Assembly (NCBI GenBank): GCA_963739205.1
Contig: CAVTZJ010000005.1
Coordinates: 851,819-915,818, forward strand
DNA length: 64,000 nucleotides
Direction of reading: 5' to 3'
Source of the DNA: an uncultured Pseudomonadota bacterium
Lineage (GTDB): Bacteria > Pseudomonadota > Gammaproteobacteria > Burkholderiales > SG8-39
Below, in pieces: positions 12,523 to 24,644 of this stretch (the stretch's first letter is position 1; each line of letters opens with the position of its first letter). Position numbers and translations under genes: made by a program. The notes under the pieces were generated by a model that was not told where the DNA came from, searched no databases, and saw only the letters and a program-made list of their open reading frames with translations.

Positions 12523-13659
12523 CTAGATCCGCGCGTGCTTTAGCTGGCGTGCCAGAAAGGCCCCCGCCAGCGCGGCGACCGCGGCCAGCGAGAACGCCGC
12601 CGGAGCGCCGTACCACCCCCAGGCCCAGCCGGCGAGCAGCGTGCCCGCCGCGCCTCCGGCGCCGTAGCTCAGGCTGGAAAACAGCGCCTGGCCTCGCGCT
12701 TGCGCGGAACGCGGGAACAGCCGGTGCACCGCGGCCACTGAAGCGGCGTGAAATGCGCCGAAGGTTGCGGCGTGCAGGAGCTGGGCCAGCACCAGCACGG
12801 CCACATGCTCGGCCGCCCAAGCGATCGCCAGAAAGCGCAGCACCGCGGCGAGCAAGCTCGCCTGCAGGATGGTAGACAGCGCAAAGCGCCTGAAAATCGC
12901 GGGCAGATAGAGGAAGACGGCGATCTCGGCTAACACGCCAAGCGTCCAGAACGCGCCGATCGACTTGCCGCTGTAGCCCAGTTGCTCCAGGTGCAGGCTG
13001 AAGAACGCGTACAAGGCGCCGTGCGCGATGGCCATACAGAAGCCGGCCGCAAGTAGCGCCCGCACGCCCCTGATCGCGAAGCGCCCGCGTTCCCCATCGT
13101 AGGCTGCTGCCCGACCGTGGGAGCTCGCGCCGGGCAGGGCGAGCGCTGCCGCGAGCGCAACGAACGCCAAGCCGAACAACACGGCGGGCAGCAGGCGCAT
13201 CGCGGCGGCGTCCAGCCAGGCGCCCACGGCGAGTACCGCGCCGATGAAACCGAGCGATCCCCAGAGTCGGATCGGCCCATAGCGCCCGCTCTGTCCGGCG
13301 AGCGATGCCAGCGTGATGGCCTCTACGAGCGGAAGGCCGCCCGCCGATAACACGCTCATCAGCGCGATGAGCGCCGCGATTGCGGCAAACCCCTGCGCGA
13401 GTGGCAACAGCACGAGGCCCGCTGCGAGCGCGCTACAGGAGAGCACCACGACACCGCGCTGCGCGCGCCAACGATCCGCGACCCAGCCCCAGAGTCCCGG
13501 CGCGAAGATGCGTGCCAGCTGGGGAAGCGCGAGCACTGCGGCGATTCGGCCCGCGTCCAGCCCGCGTTCGGCCAAATAAAGTGGAAAATACGCCATGAAT
13601 GCGCCTGCGTAGGCGAAGTGGGCGAAGTAATAGATCGCGAGACGCGCGGCGACCGGCAT
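12523..13659 (-). CDS. MFS transporter (MFS_1_like/HcaT-type)
   Basis: About 12 hydrophobic segments, with YGPIRLWGSLGF and QLLHAATFG. Confidence 0.85.
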   Translation of the reverse strand: MPVAARLAIYYFAHFAYAGAFMAYFPLYLAERGLDAGRIAAVLALPQLARIFAPGLWGWVADRWRAQRGVVVLSCSALAAGLVLLPLAQGFAAIAALIALMSVLSAGGLPLVEAITLASLAGQSGRYGPIRLWGSLGFIGAVLAVGAWLDAAAMRLLPAVLFGLAFVALAAALALPGASSHGRAAAYDGERGRFAIRGVRALLAAGFCMAIAHGALYAFFSLHLEQLGYSGKSIGAFWTLGVLAEIAVFLYLPAIFRRFALSTILQASLLAAVLRFLAIAWAAEHVAVLVLAQLLHAATFGAFHAASVAAVHRLFPRSAQARGQALFSSLSYGAGGAAGTLLAGWAWGWYGAPAAFSLAAVAALAGAFLARQLKHARI

Positions 13660-13677
13660 GGCGGCCCAGTCGTGGCG

Positions 13678-14283
13678 CTACGCGACGAACCGCGGCGGCT
13701 GTGCGCGCAGGCTGAAGCGCAGCGCGCCGAGCACTTCGTCGACAAAGCGCTCGTCGGGGCTTCCCCCGTCGCGCGCTGCGCCTAGGTGCCCGTCCAGCAT
13801 CAGTTGTGCGAGTCCGTGCACGAGGCTCCATGCGGCCGCTGCGGCGCGCTGCGTCTCCTGCGCTTCAGCGAGACCCGAAAACGCGCGCGCGAAGGCGTGC
13901 ATCGTGCCCTGCAGCGCGTCGCGCCAAGCCGCCTTGCGCCCGGCAACCGCTGCGAGTGCGAACATCAGACGGAAGCGGTCCGGCTGCGCGAGCGCGAAAC
14001 GGATGTAGGTCCGCGCCACCTCGCGCCCCCCGCGCGGCGCGGCCGCATCGAGCGCGTTGGCGAGGCGCGCGAATCCGTCCCACGCAAGTTCCGCGAGCAG
14101 CGCTTCGCGGCCGGCGAAATGCCGATACGGAGCGCCGTGCGACACCCCGGCACGCCGCGCCGCCTCGCGCAACGTGACTCCGTGCACGCCGCGCTCGTCC
14201 AGCAGCGAGGCTGCCGCCCGCGTCAGTGCTGCGCGCAGGTCACCGTGGTGATAACGCCGCCTTGGGCGGGCATATGTAGGCAT
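13678..14283 (-). CDS. TetR/AcrR family regulator (WHG-type C-terminus)
   Basis: YHHGDLRAAL...TLREAARRAGVSHGAPYRHF HTH and WSLVHGLA. Start placed at ATG 14283. Confidence 0.9.
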   Translation of the reverse strand: MPTYARPRRRYHHGDLRAALTRAAASLLDERGVHGVTLREAARRAGVSHGAPYRHFAGREALLAELAWDGFARLANALDAAAPRGGREVARTYIRFALAQPDRFRLMFALAAVAGRKAAWRDALQGTMHAFARAFSGLAEAQETQRAAAAAWSLVHGLAQLMLDGHLGAARDGGSPDERFVDEVLGALRFSLRAQPPRFVA

Positions 14284-14324
14284 CGCCAACATTATGCCGG
14301 CAAGCGTGTAGCTGCTGTCAACAT
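14274..14324 (-). promoter_or_regulatory. Probable TetR promoter with two operator-like imperfect palindromes
   Basis: Minus strand has TTGACA (14321-14316) and CATAAT (14296-14291) with a 19-nt spacer. Two 19-bp RTGTAG-N7-CAACAT boxes lie at 14274-14292 and 14306-14324. Confidence 0.55.
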
Positions 14325-14337
14325 AAGTTCCCTCGGA

Positions 14338-15681
14338 TCAGCCTCGACGCGCTTGCCGGCGCCCGAGAAACGGATTGCCGTGCGTACGGAACTCCACCGA
14401 AAGCGGAGTACCGCGCAGGGCAAATGCCTTCCGAAACCTGGCCTCCAAGTAGCGCCGGTAGCTGTCCGGCACGGCGTCGAGCGCGTTGCCGTGAATGATG
14501 ATGCGCGGAGGATTCATCCCGCCCTGATGCGCATAGCGCAGCTTGGGCCGCACCAGGCCCTTACGCGGGGGGGCCTGCTGCTGCACCGCAGCGATCATCG
14601 CTCGGGTGAGCTTCGGCGTCGACAGCTTCGCCATCGCCGCAGCGTAGGCGACGTCCACGGATTGCATCAACTCGCTCAATCCCCTGCCGCCGCGCGCAGA
14701 AATGAAATGCGCGTCGGCGAAGCCGAGAAACCCGAGCTTCCAGGCGAGTTCCTGCTTCACGCGTTCGCGCTGTTCGCGGTCCGCCACGTCCCACTTGTTC
14801 ACCGCGACGACCACCGCGCGCCCGCGCTCGAGAATGTAGCCCGCGACATGCGCGTCCTGGTCGCTCACGCCCTCGAGCGCGTCCAGCATGAATATGGCGA
14901 CGTTCGCATCCTCGATCGCCTGCAGTGTCTTCACGATCGAAAAGCGCTCCACCGCCTCACCCTGCTTGCCCCGCTTGCGCAGGCCGGCTGTATCCACCAG
15001 CGTATAGCGCTTTCCGCCGCGCTCGAATGGCACATCGATCGCGTCGCGGGTGGTTCCGGGCTGGTCGAAGATGATGACCCGCTCCTCGCCCGCCAGGGCA
15101 TTGACCAGCGTCGATTTGCCGACGTTCGGCCGTCCGATGATCGCCACGCGCGGATGACGTTCCGCACTTTCCTCGGGTTCGGCCTCCTGCGGCAGGCCGG
15201 CGAGTACCGACTCGAGCAGGTCGCTCACGCCCTCGCCGTGCGCAGCGGATATCGCGGCAGGTACGCCGAGTCCGAGCTCATGGAACTCGGCGGCTGCCGT
15301 GTCGGGCGCAAGCCCCTCACACTTGTTGACCGCGACCTGCACGCGCGCCCTCAGCTTGCGCAGCCGCATGGCGATCTCACGATCGGTGGCGGTCAAGCCG
15401 CTCCGGCCGTCGACGACGAACACGACCGCGTCCGCCTCCGTGATCGCCTGCTCGGTCTGGCGCGCCATGGCCACAAAGATCGCGTCGGCGGTCCCGGGCT
15501 CGAGGCCGCCGGTATCGATGACGATGAAGGAGCGGTCGCCGAGCCTGCCTTCGCCGTAATGTCGGTCACGCGTCACGCCCGGGACGTCCACCACGATGGC
15601 GTCGCGGCTGCGGGTGATCCGGTTGAACAGCGTCGACTTGCCGACGTTCGGGCGCCCGACTAGGGCGATGACCGCCTTCAT
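14338..15681 (-). CDS. der: Ribosome biogenesis GTPase Der
   Basis: Two GRPNVGKS P-loops, DTGG/DTAG, NKWD and a KH-like C-terminus. Start trimmed to ATG 15681. Confidence 0.97.
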   Translation of the reverse strand: MKAVIALVGRPNVGKSTLFNRITRSRDAIVVDVPGVTRDRHYGEGRLGDRSFIVIDTGGLEPGTADAIFVAMARQTEQAITEADAVVFVVDGRSGLTATDREIAMRLRKLRARVQVAVNKCEGLAPDTAAAEFHELGLGVPAAISAAHGEGVSDLLESVLAGLPQEAEPEESAERHPRVAIIGRPNVGKSTLVNALAGEERVIIFDQPGTTRDAIDVPFERGGKRYTLVDTAGLRKRGKQGEAVERFSIVKTLQAIEDANVAIFMLDALEGVSDQDAHVAGYILERGRAVVVAVNKWDVADREQRERVKQELAWKLGFLGFADAHFISARGGRGLSELMQSVDVAYAAAMAKLSTPKLTRAMIAAVQQQAPPRKGLVRPKLRYAHQGGMNPPRIIIHGNALDAVPDSYRRYLEARFRKAFALRGTPLSVEFRTHGNPFLGRRQARRG

Positions 15682-15695
15682 TGCATGCCGTGGCG

Positions 15696-16847
15696 CTACA
15701 GAGCCAGCGCGAACAGGCCGCCGCTCTGCGTCTGCACCAGACAGCCTTCCGGCAGGCGGATAGGCGCCGCACGAATCGGCGCACCGCCCGTCGCCATGCG
15801 CGCGACGAAGGCCCCCGAATCGCGCGCGAGGAAGTGCACGTATCCTTCCAGGTCGCCGACGACGATTTCCGATCCGACCGGCAGCGGCAACGACAACTGC
15901 CTGTTGGCGAGGCGGTCCTGTTTCCAGAGGCTGCGGCCGCTGCGCCGCTCGAACGCGTACACGGCACCCGTGTCGTCGCTCACGTAGACGTTCGCCTCGT
16001 CCACGCTCGCCCCGTTCACGGACGACATCTCGCGCGACCAAAGCAGATTCCCGCTCCCTGTGTCGAAGCATGCGACGCGGCCCTGGTAAGCTGCGGCGCA
16101 GACCTCGCGCCCGCGCACGACCGGGACGCCGAGCACCTCGGTGATGCGCTCCAGCTCGGTCGCACCGCGCGGCACCGCGACGCTTCCTTCCCAGCGAGCG
16201 ATGCCATTGTTCAATGCGATGGCGACAAGCTTGCCGCCGGAAAAGCCTGCATACGCAGTGTCCGCGGCGATCGTCACTCCGGCGGGAGAGCGCACGATGA
16301 GCGACGAGGGTGCCCGCTGGTAGACCCAGATGCGCTTGCCGTCGACGGCATCGAACGCGAAGATGCGGCTATCCTCACTGCGCACCAGCACCAGCCCTGC
16401 GCCGACGGCCGGCGCCGCCAGCACCTCGCTCGAAACGCGCGCGCGCCAGCGTACCTTGCCACTTTGCGCATCGAGGGCGAACACCTCGCCTTCGTCGGTC
16501 GCTACGGCCACTAGCGCGCCATCGCTGCCGACTCCGCCCGAGAGGCGCGACTCGAGCGACACGCGCCAGCGCTGCCGACCGCTCGCCGCATCGAAGGACG
16601 CGACCGATCCGTCGCGGTCGGCGGCGTACACGCTATCGCCTGCGAACACCGGGCTGAAAGTGAAGCTGCCGCCTCCGCCCACGCTCGCCGACCACAGCAC
16701 GCGCACCGCCTTGGCGTCGGCGATGGGCGTGAGCGGCGCCGGTGTCGGGCCGGACGGGCCGCTGAACCAATTTAGCGGGTTCAGGCTCGAGCAAGCCCCT
16801 AGCGAGAGACCCGCGGCGAGCAGAACGAGTAGCGTGCGCTTTCTCAT
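15696..16847 (-). CDS. bamB: Outer membrane protein assembly factor BamB
   Basis: Lipobox LGAC, PQQ-type propeller repeats and ATELERI; yfgM-bamB-der synteny. Confidence 0.92.
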   Translation of the reverse strand: MRKRTLLVLLAAGLSLGACSSLNPLNWFSGPSGPTPAPLTPIADAKAVRVLWSASVGGGGSFTFSPVFAGDSVYAADRDGSVASFDAASGRQRWRVSLESRLSGGVGSDGALVAVATDEGEVFALDAQSGKVRWRARVSSEVLAAPAVGAGLVLVRSEDSRIFAFDAVDGKRIWVYQRAPSSLIVRSPAGVTIAADTAYAGFSGGKLVAIALNNGIARWEGSVAVPRGATELERITEVLGVPVVRGREVCAAAYQGRVACFDTGSGNLLWSREMSSVNGASVDEANVYVSDDTGAVYAFERRSGRSLWKQDRLANRQLSLPLPVGSEIVVGDLEGYVHFLARDSGAFVARMATGGAPIRAAPIRLPEGCLVQTQSGGLFALAL

Positions 16848-17476
16848 CCGCCCAGGGCCTCCAGCCGCATACGCACGCTCTCGCGAAACGCGCCTTCCTG
16901 CGCACCTGCCTTGTCCAGCGCCAGCTGGTACGCCGCGCGGGCGGCGGCCGTCTGGTGCTGCGCAGCCAGGATGTCGCCCTTGAGCGCCGCATACTGGGCC
17001 GCATAGGCCGCACCGTGCTTTGCGTCGACCAGCTTGAGCGCCTCGTCGAAGGACTTCCTGTCGAGCAAGATCGCCGCGAGGCGCAGCCTCGCGATGTCCT
17101 TGAAATTGTCCGACGGCGAGCGCTCGAGCACCCAGCGCAATTGCGCCTCGGCGCTCTTGTCATCGCGCCGGTCGAAATAGAAGCGCGCCGAGACGAGGGC
17201 TGCCATCGACGCGTACAGGGTGCCCGGATACTTCTCCGCCAGCTCGCCGCCAGCGTCGCGCATCATCTTCGCATCGCCCGTTTCCACCGCCTTGGTGAGC
17301 GCCTCGTAAAGTACGCTTGCCTGCAGCGCCTCCCTGCGCTGATACCAGTCCCAGCCGCGCCACGCCGCGATCGCGATAAGGACGACGGACACGACGAGCA
17401 GCACCCGGTTGCCGTTCTCCTGCCACCAGGACTTCAGCGCTTCAATCTGTTCCTGCTCTTGATGATCGAGTGCCAT
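16844..17476 (-). CDS. yfgM: YfgM tetratricopeptide membrane protein
   Basis: EQEQIEALKSWWQENG, a TM helix and ARLRLA; lies between hisS and bamB. Confidence 0.9.
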   Translation of the reverse strand: MALDHQEQEQIEALKSWWQENGNRVLLVVSVVLIAIAAWRGWDWYQRREALQASVLYEALTKAVETGDAKMMRDAGGELAEKYPGTLYASMAALVSARFYFDRRDDKSAEAQLRWVLERSPSDNFKDIARLRLAAILLDRKSFDEALKLVDAKHGAAYAAQYAALKGDILAAQHQTAAARAAYQLALDKAGAQEGAFRESVRMRLEALGG

Positions 17477-17477
17477 G

Positions 17478-18758
17478 CTATGACTTTGCCCTCTGCAATG
17501 CGTCGCCGAAGGCGGCCACCGCCACCTCGCGTCGGACGCTGAACTGTGGTTCCGTGCGGCGCAACAGCTTGACCGCAATTTGCCGCGCGCGTACTTCATC
17601 TTCGCCGACGATGAGCGCCGTCCACGCGCCGCTCGCATCGGCCTTCTTTAATTGCGACTTGAAGCTGCCGCCTCCGGCGTGTTGCACCACCGCGTAGCCG
17701 GCCGCGCGCAGCTCCTCGGCGAGCACCAGCGCATAGGGCTGCGCGCCCTCGCCCTGTGCGACCACGTAGGCGTCCGGGACGCGCGGCTGCCGCGCACCGC
17801 CGGGTTCGCGCAGCAGCGTGATCAGGCGCTCGTTGCCCATCGCGAAGCCGGCTGCCGGCGCCGGCTTGCCGCCGATCTGCGCGAACAGGCCATCATAACG
17901 TCCGCCGCCGCACACCGTGCCCTGCGCCCCGAGTGCGTCCGAGATCCATTCGAAGACCGTGAGATTGTAATAGTCGAGACCGCGCACCAATCGCGGGTTG
18001 AGCTCGAAAGACACGCCGGCCGCCCTGAGCAGCCGCTTCAGCTCATCGAAGTGCGCGAGCGACGCGGCGCCGAGGTATCCCATCAGCGGCGGCGCACCCG
18101 CCACGACATCCTGCACCTGCGGATTCTTGGAATCGAGCACGCGCAGCGGATTGGTGTGCATGCGGCGTTTGGCATCGGCGTCGAGCCGATCGACGTGCGC
18201 CTCCAGATGGCGCACCAGGTCTGCGCGATAGCGCGCGCGCTCCTCGGGTGACCCGATGGTGTTCAGCTCGAGCCGGATGCCCTGCAGGCCGAGCTCGCGC
18301 CACAGCGACGCGCACATGACGATCAGCTCGGCATCCACGTCGGGTCCCTCGTAGCCGAGCGCCTCGACGCCGTACTGATGGAACTGTCGGTAACGGCCCT
18401 TCTGCGGCCGCTCGTGGCGGTACATCGGGCCCGCGTACCAGAGGCGTTTCGGTCCGTCGTACAGCAAATTGTGCTCGATCGCCGCGCGTACGCAGGAGGC
18501 CGTGCCCTCCGGACGCAAGGTCAGGTCCTCGCCGTTCAACTCGTCGCGCCAGGCGTACATTTCCTTTTCCACGATATCGGTCACCTCGCCGATCGCGCGC
18601 CGGAACAGTTGGGTGTGCTCGACCAATGGCATGCGGATGTTCCGGTAGCCGTAGCGCTCGAGCCACGCCTCGACGCGCGCTTCGAAGTCGCGCCACCACA
18701 CGGCCTCGTCGGGCAAAATGTCGTTCATGCCGCGAACGGCCTGGATGCCTTTGCTCAT
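17478..18758 (-). CDS. hisS: Histidine--tRNA ligase
   Basis: [26 protein letters not shown] and GGRYDGL. Confidence 0.97.
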   Translation of the reverse strand: MSKGIQAVRGMNDILPDEAVWWRDFEARVEAWLERYGYRNIRMPLVEHTQLFRRAIGEVTDIVEKEMYAWRDELNGEDLTLRPEGTASCVRAAIEHNLLYDGPKRLWYAGPMYRHERPQKGRYRQFHQYGVEALGYEGPDVDAELIVMCASLWRELGLQGIRLELNTIGSPEERARYRADLVRHLEAHVDRLDADAKRRMHTNPLRVLDSKNPQVQDVVAGAPPLMGYLGAASLAHFDELKRLLRAAGVSFELNPRLVRGLDYYNLTVFEWISDALGAQGTVCGGGRYDGLFAQIGGKPAPAAGFAMGNERLITLLREPGGARQPRVPDAYVVAQGEGAQPYALVLAEELRAAGYAVVQHAGGGSFKSQLKKADASGAWTALIVGEDEVRARQIAVKLLRRTEPQFSVRREVAVAAFGDALQRAKS

Positions 18759-18772
18759 GCACGCAGCGGCGA

Positions 18773-20065
18773 TCAGGAAATCGCCTTGATCCTGATTTGT
18801 TTCGACTCGTTGTTCGCCGGGCGGCGGCGTCCGGCCTCCGGAGAGAAATTGCGGCGCACGTACTCGGCGATGAGCGCCTGGAATTCCTCGGCGATTCGGT
18901 CGCCCTTGAGCGTCACCGTCTTCTCGCCGTCGACGTACACCGGAGCCACCGGATACTCGTTGGTTCCGGGCAGGCTGATGCCGATATCGGCGTGCTTGGA
19001 TTCGCCCGGTCCGTTGACCACGCAACCCATCACGGCGACGCGCATCTCCTCCACGCCCGGGTACTGCTCGCGCCACACGGGCATTTGCCGGCGCAGATAC
19101 GCCTGAATGCCTTCTGCGAGCTCCTGGAAATAGGTACTAGTGGTGCGGCCGCAACCGGGGCAGGCGCTTACCATCGGCGTGAAGCTGCGCAGGCCCATGG
19201 TCTGCAGGATTTCCTGCGCAACCTGCACTTCACGCGTCCGGTCGCCCCCCGGCTCGGGTGTGAGCGATACGCGGATGGTATCGCCGATGCCTTCCTGGAG
19301 CAGCACAGCGAGAGCGGCGGTGGAGGCGACGATCCCTTTGGAGCCCATGCCCGCTTCCGTGAGCCCGAGATGCAACGCGTAGTTGCAGCGGCGCGCGAGT
19401 TCCCGGTACACCGCGATCAGATCCTGCACCTGGCTCATCTTGCAGGAGATCACGATCCGCTCGGCCGCCAAACCCCAGGCTTCCGCTTGGCGCGCAGAAT
19501 CGAGCGCGGATCGCACGACCGCCTCACGCATCACCTCCTGGGCCGACAGCGGTTGCGCGCGGCGGCCGTTTTCGTCCATCAATCGGCCTAGCAATCCCTG
19601 GTCGAGGCTACCCCAGTTGACGCCGATTCGCACCGGCTTGCCGTAACGCATCGCGCACTCGATCATGGTCGCGAACTGCTCGTCGCGCGTGGCAACCGTA
19701 CCGACATTGCCCGGGTTGATGCGGTACTTCGCGAGCGCCTGCGCGCATTCCGGAAACTGCGTGAGCAGCTTGTGTCCGTTAAAATGAAAGTCCCCCACCA
19801 GCGGTACGCGGCAGCCGGCCGCGTCCAGGCGCTCGCGGATGCGCGCCACTTGCGCCGCCGCCTCCGCATTGTTCACCGTGATGCGCACCAGCTCAGAGCC
19901 CGCGAGCCACAGCTCGCGCACCTGCGCGGCAGTTCCAGCTGCGTCGGCGGTGTCCGTGTTGGTCATCGACTGAACGACGACCGGAGCGCCGCCGCCTATG
20001 GCGACGCCGTCGACCATCACTTGCGTCGCGTGGCGCCGTTGCGCAACGTTCATGCCGGCGCTCAT
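18773..20065 (-). CDS. ispG: 4-hydroxy-3-methylbut-2-enyl-diphosphate synthase
   Basis: [21 protein letters not shown] and [10 protein letters not shown]. Confidence 0.96.
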   Translation of the reverse strand: MSAGMNVAQRRHATQVMVDGVAIGGGAPVVVQSMTNTDTADAAGTAAQVRELWLAGSELVRITVNNAEAAAQVARIRERLDAAGCRVPLVGDFHFNGHKLLTQFPECAQALAKYRINPGNVGTVATRDEQFATMIECAMRYGKPVRIGVNWGSLDQGLLGRLMDENGRRAQPLSAQEVMREAVVRSALDSARQAEAWGLAAERIVISCKMSQVQDLIAVYRELARRCNYALHLGLTEAGMGSKGIVASTAALAVLLQEGIGDTIRVSLTPEPGGDRTREVQVAQEILQTMGLRSFTPMVSACPGCGRTTSTYFQELAEGIQAYLRRQMPVWREQYPGVEEMRVAVMGCVVNGPGESKHADIGISLPGTNEYPVAPVYVDGEKTVTLKGDRIAEEFQALIAEYVRRNFSPEAGRRRPANNESKQIRIKAIS

Positions 20066-20967
20066 TTCAGGGTAAAGCGCGCCACGTCGACCCTGGTGTG
20101 AGGCCTGAGGTCGAACGGCTGGTTCTGGTACATGACTTGCACGTGCTGCGCATTGCCGATCACCATGTCGAACGGCGGCTGGCCGCTGACGACGCGCTGG
20201 CTGCCCGCGGGAACCAGCTGCTCAAGCAGCGTGTGTCCCGCCGCGTCGCGCACCTCCACCCACGACTCCTCATCGAAGCGCATGACGATACGCCGCGCGT
20301 CGGGGTCCGCGGAAGGTGCAGCCTTGGCGGCGGGGGGCTTTTGCGCCTTGGCAACGTCCTGCGCGCTCTGCATCGTGGCCGGAGCCTGCGCTGCCGCAGG
20401 CGCGGCACTCGGTTGCATGGCTGCGGCGGTGGGCGCAGGAGGTGCAGGCGGCGCGGGTTCGGCTGGCGTCACAGTATCCGCCGCGCGCGGTTTCTCGGCC
20501 TGCGCCGGGGCGGAGGCAACGACCACCGGACCCGCAACTTTGGCGCGCTCCTGCTTCCATTCGATCAGCACCCCGGCCACGGCCGTCAGGATCAGCAGCG
20601 ACAGAATTCCGTAAATGACGTTCGAGCGCCGTGACGCGTTGGCAAAGGGCACGGGTTGCCTGAAGCGGTCCGCGAGCCGGCCAGGATCCGGAACCTCAAG
20701 TTTGCCCTCCATGCGCGTCAGCAGGGACTCGGCGTCGAGCTTCAGCAGCCTGGCGTAGCTGCGCACCATGCCGCGCGCGAACGTGCCGCCCGGCAGGAGG
20801 TCGAAGCGGTCTTGCTCCAGCGCCTCGAGCTGGCGCGCACCGAACTTAAGCTGCTGGGCAACTTCCTCGATCGTCAGCCCGCGCGCAGCGCGCTCGCGGG
20901 CAAGGATCTCACCGATCTCTTCCTCGCGCGGCACCTCCAGCTCGCGCCCTTCGACCATGCTAGTCAT
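20062..20967 (-). CDS. rodZ: RodZ-type HTH/DUF4115 membrane protein
   Basis: N-terminal HTH ([13 protein letters not shown]), TM helix and C-terminal SWVEVRD...IGNA; lies between pilW and ispG. Confidence 0.85.
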   Translation of the reverse strand: MTSMVEGRELEVPREEEIGEILARERAARGLTIEEVAQQLKFGARQLEALEQDRFDLLPGGTFARGMVRSYARLLKLDAESLLTRMEGKLEVPDPGRLADRFRQPVPFANASRRSNVIYGILSLLILTAVAGVLIEWKQERAKVAGPVVVASAPAQAEKPRAADTVTPAEPAPPAPPAPTAAAMQPSAAPAAAQAPATMQSAQDVAKAQKPPAAKAAPSADPDARRIVMRFDEESWVEVRDAAGHTLLEQLVPAGSQRVVSGQPPFDMVIGNAQHVQVMYQNQPFDLRPHTRVDVARFTLK

Positions 20968-21739
20968 AGGCTCCGCGCTGCAAGAGCTGGTACTCGCTCG
21001 ATCTGGGAAAGTCCCGGCGCAGCTGGTTGGCGTAGCCCGCTTCGGCGATGGTATTGCCAAGCTTGCGCTCGACGCGCAGCGCCAGCCAAAGCGACTCGGC
21101 GGTCGGCGGCACGCTCCGGTTGTAGCGCAGCGCGTAGCGCCTCGCCTCCTCCATGTCGCCCTGCCGGTAGCGGATCAGCCCCATCTGCAGCAAGGCGCCG
21201 GGATCGTTTGGCTGCAGCCGCAGCGCCTGCTGGATGAACTTCTCCGCATCGTCGACCTTGCCCTGGCGCAGCAAGCAAATTCCGGCCGCCGTGTACGAGC
21301 GCCAGGGCGCCGGATAGAGCGGATTACGGATTGCCCTCTCGAAGTAGCCGATCGATTCGGTCTCGCGCCCCGTCTGGCACAGGAACCAGCCGTAGTTGTG
21401 GTTGATATCGGGGTCGTTGGGCGAGATTTTCAGCCCGCGCTCGAAGTTTTCCTGCGCAAGCCGGTTTTCCTTTAGATCCATGTACACCAGTCCGAACATG
21501 CTGTAGGCAGGCGCGTAGTTCGAGTCGGCGGACGTGGCGCTGCGCAGCTCCTCGAGCGCGACCGCCATACTGCCGCGTCGATAGTAGAGCGCCGCGAGCT
21601 CCGTGTGCAGCTTCGCCCTGTTCTGGGGATCGCCCACCTCTCCGACGATCTGCCCGGTGTCGACGCTTGGCGGCGGCGGCGGCTGAGTCGCGCACGCGCT
21701 AGCAAGCAGCACCAGACCAGCGCCTATCAGGCGTCTCAC
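20960..21739 (-). CDS. pilW: Type IV pilus biogenesis/stability TPR lipoprotein PilW/PilF
   Basis: Lipobox [16 protein letters not shown] and AESLWL; follows rlmN. Start placed at GTG 21739. Confidence 0.88.
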   Translation of the reverse strand: MRRLIGAGLVLLASACATQPPPPPSVDTGQIVGEVGDPQNRAKLHTELAALYYRRGSMAVALEELRSATSADSNYAPAYSMFGLVYMDLKENRLAQENFERGLKISPNDPDINHNYGWFLCQTGRETESIGYFERAIRNPLYPAPWRSYTAAGICLLRQGKVDDAEKFIQQALRLQPNDPGALLQMGLIRYRQGDMEEARRYALRYNRSVPPTAESLWLALRVERKLGNTIAEAGYANQLRRDFPRSSEYQLLQRGAYD

Positions 21740-22830
21740 GCGCTTAGCTCCGTCAGCCTTTGCACAACGCGACCGGAGCGCCGCGTGCGGTCGGCCACGT
21801 CCCCGGCGAGCTGGCCGCATGCCGCGTCGATCCCCTCCCCGCGCGTCTTGCGCACGGTGGTCGTGACGCCTCCGGCGCGCAGGATTTCCGCGAAGCTCCG
21901 GATGCGCTCCGGAGCCGAGCGCCGGAATGACGTGTTCGGGAACGGATTGAAGGGAATCAGGTTGAATTTGCAGCGCACGCGCCGCGCGATCCCGAGCAGC
22001 TCCCTGGCATGCGCATCGGAGTCGTTTACGCCGTCGAGCATCACGTACTCGAAGGTGATGAAATCGCGCGGTGCCTTGTCCAGATACCGGCTGCACGCTT
22101 TGAGCAGCTCGCGGATCGGATACTTGCGGTTGAGCGGTACGAGCTGGTCGCGCAATCGGTCGTTCGGTGCGTGCAACGACACCGCGAGCGCGACAGGACT
22201 TTCGTCGCGCAGCCGGTCCATGCCCGGGATCACCCCGGAAGTCGATACGGTCACCCGCCGGCGCGAAAGGCCGTAAGCGTTGTCGTCGAGCATGAGGCGC
22301 AGCGCGGGCAGCACGTTGTCCAGATTGAGCAGCGGCTCACCCATGCCCATCATCACGACGTTGCTGATGACCCGCTCGCCCCTCGGATCGCGCCCGAGCT
22401 GGCGGTTGGCGATCCACAGTTGCCCGATGATCTCAGCGGTGTCCAGATTGCGATTGAAGCCCTGCTTGCCGGTTGAGCAAAACGCGCAATTGAGCACGCA
22501 GCCCGCCTGGCTCGATACGCACAGCGTGCCCCGGCCGTGCTCCGGTATGAACACCGATTCGACCGCATTCGCGCCGTCCACTTTGAGCAGCCACTTGCGC
22601 GTGCCGTCGGGCGCGGTCTCGTCGCCGACGATCTGCGGCACTCGAACATGCGCGTGCTGGGCGAGTTTCGTGCGCAGCGTCTTGGCGAGGTCGCTCATGC
22701 GCGCGAAGTCCGACTCGCCGAACTGGTGGATCCAGCGCAGGACCTGGCGCGCACGGAACGACTTCTCGCCGAGTGCGGCGAAGTACCGGTCCATGGCCGC
22801 CGCGTCGAAAGCGAGCAAGTTGTCTGTCAT
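21736..22830 (-). CDS. rlmN: Dual-specificity RNA methyltransferase RlmN
   Basis: Radical SAM motif [14 protein letters not shown] and AACGQL. Confidence 0.96.
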   Translation of the reverse strand: MTDNLLAFDAAAMDRYFAALGEKSFRARQVLRWIHQFGESDFARMSDLAKTLRTKLAQHAHVRVPQIVGDETAPDGTRKWLLKVDGANAVESVFIPEHGRGTLCVSSQAGCVLNCAFCSTGKQGFNRNLDTAEIIGQLWIANRQLGRDPRGERVISNVVMMGMGEPLLNLDNVLPALRLMLDDNAYGLSRRRVTVSTSGVIPGMDRLRDESPVALAVSLHAPNDRLRDQLVPLNRKYPIRELLKACSRYLDKAPRDFITFEYVMLDGVNDSDAHARELLGIARRVRCKFNLIPFNPFPNTSFRRSAPERIRSFAEILRAGGVTTTVRKTRGEGIDAACGQLAGDVADRTRRSGRVVQRLTELSA

Positions 22831-23252
22831 CGCGAATAGATTTCGCACGCCGGAAAGAAGTACGCGATCTCGGAACGCGCCGTGTCCGATCCGTCCGAGC
22901 CGTGCACCGCATTCGCGTCGATCGATTCCGCGAAGTCCGCGCGGATCGTGCCCGCTGCCGCCTTCTTCGGATCGGTGGCGCCCATCAGTTCGCGGTTCTT
23001 GGCGATTGCGGCTTCACCCTCCAGCACCTGCACCAGCACCGGGCCCGAGATCATGAAATCGACCAGCTCGCGAAAGAACGGTCGTGCGCGGTGCACCGCG
23101 TAGAAGCCCTCAGCCTGCGCGCGCGACAAATGCATCATGCGCGCCGCCGCGATCTTCAGGCCCGCGGCCTCGAACCGCGCACAGATCTTTCCCACGACGT
23201 TCTTTTTCACCGCGTCGGGTTTGATGATGGACAAGGTCCTCTCGACCGCCAT
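22827..23252 (-). CDS. ndk: Nucleoside diphosphate kinase
   Basis: [12 protein letters not shown] and NAVHGSD. Confidence 0.97.
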   Translation of the reverse strand: MAVERTLSIIKPDAVKKNVVGKICARFEAAGLKIAAARMMHLSRAQAEGFYAVHRARPFFRELVDFMISGPVLVQVLEGEAAIAKNRELMGATDPKKAAAGTIRADFAESIDANAVHGSDGSDTARSEIAYFFPACEIYSR

Positions 23253-23297
23253 TATTCGCTCCGTAACCAAGGCTCGTATATGAAAGCTGAAATTCTA

Positions 23298-24644
23298 TCA
23301 CGTACCCTGGTCGAATCGCTTAAAAACAAGGGCTTGCGCTTGCGATAGAGGTGCGCCCGGGTGCCATTCCGGGAGCAGGCCGGGCGCTCCTGGCGCGGCG
23401 CGATAGCGCGCATCGATGCCCAGCCCCGGCGCCCAGACCAGCTCGCCATCGCAGTAAAGGAGCGGCAGGCGCTCACGCCACCAGGGCGGCACACCCGCCT
23501 CCTGGAACAGGTTCTTGAGCGTGCGACGCGGCCGCTCGGGATCCGGCTGCAACCGCTCCCCACCGCGGCGCTGGCACACGCGCACCTCGCCTGCCTCGAG
23601 TCGCTCCCGGTCGATGCCAGCGCCGCGCGCCGGCCGCAGCCGCAACTCGCCGGCAGGCGCGGGCAGACTCAGCCTGCGCTCACCCGACCACTTGACCGGC
23701 GCGAACTGGATCGGTGGCGCCGCACGCTCAACCGTGACCTCCCCGCGATACGCGCGCATCACCGCGCCATCGTGGCGTATCGCGGTACGCGCGCCGCGCC
23801 CGCTCAGCTGGCGCAGCATGTCCGCCAGGCGTCGTTCCGTCGGCGCACGCAGGCCGTGTGCCGCCAAGTGCTCGCGCAGCGCGAGCGCGGGGGAGGTCGC
23901 CCCGCGACGGCGCAGCAGCGCATCGGCCTCGGCGAAGTGGCGCGCCGCCCGCGCCAGCGCCTCGCGCCAGCGGGGGTAGCGCTTCTCGAGCAGCGGAAGG
24001 ATCTGCCGGCGCAGATAGCCGCGCGTCAGCGACAGATCGTCGTTCATTTCGTCGTCGACCCACTGCAGACCGTGGGCGCGCGCATAGCGCACGATCACCT
24101 TGCGCGGCACTGCGAGCAGGGGTCGCACGACGACCTTGTCGCCGAGCGTGCCGCGCACCGGCATGCCGCTCGCACCGCGCAGACCCGTGCCGCGCAGGAG
24201 GTTCATGAGCACCGTCTCGGCCTGGTCGTCGAGCTGGTGCGCGAGCGCCAACATCTCGGCACGTGCGCGGCCGAGGGCCGCGCGACGCGCAGCTCGCGCG
24301 GCGGCCTCGAGCCCGACGCCGCGCCTCTCGCCTACCTTTACGCGGCGTACCTCGAACGGCACGCCCCAGTCACGACACAGGCGCCGGCAGAAGCGCGCCC
24401 AACTCCCGGAGTTCGCGCTCAGGCCGTGATCGACGTGAATCGCGCGCAGCGCGTAGCCGTGGCGCGGCGCCAGGTGCGCGAGCAGATGTAGCAGGACGAC
24501 TGAGTCGACGCCCCCCGAGAGCGCCACCGCGAGGGTCCTGCCCCGCAGGTCGGTCTCCGCCAGGATGCGATCGACTGCCGCGGCCGCGCCGCTCCGGCGC
24601 TTGCGCGGCTCAGCTGCGCTCCGCGAGGTCCTTGAACTTGCCAT
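23298..24644 (-). CDS. tilS: tRNA(Ile)-lysidine synthetase
   Basis: PP-loop [20 protein letters not shown] and C-terminal [13 protein letters not shown]; follows accA. Confidence 0.93.
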   Translation of the reverse strand: MASSRTSRSAAEPRKRRSGAAAAVDRILAETDLRGRTLAVALSGGVDSVVLLHLLAHLAPRHGYALRAIHVDHGLSANSGSWARFCRRLCRDWGVPFEVRRVKVGERRGVGLEAAARAARRAALGRARAEMLALAHQLDDQAETVLMNLLRGTGLRGASGMPVRGTLGDKVVVRPLLAVPRKVIVRYARAHGLQWVDDEMNDDLSLTRGYLRRQILPLLEKRYPRWREALARAARHFAEADALLRRRGATSPALALREHLAAHGLRAPTERRLADMLRQLSGRGARTAIRHDGAVMRAYRGEVTVERAAPPIQFAPVKWSGERRLSLPAPAGELRLRPARGAGIDRERLEAGEVRVCQRRGGERLQPDPERPRRTLKNLFQEAGVPPWWRERLPLLYCDGELVWAPGLGIDARYRAAPGAPGLLPEWHPGAPLSQAQALVFKRFDQGT

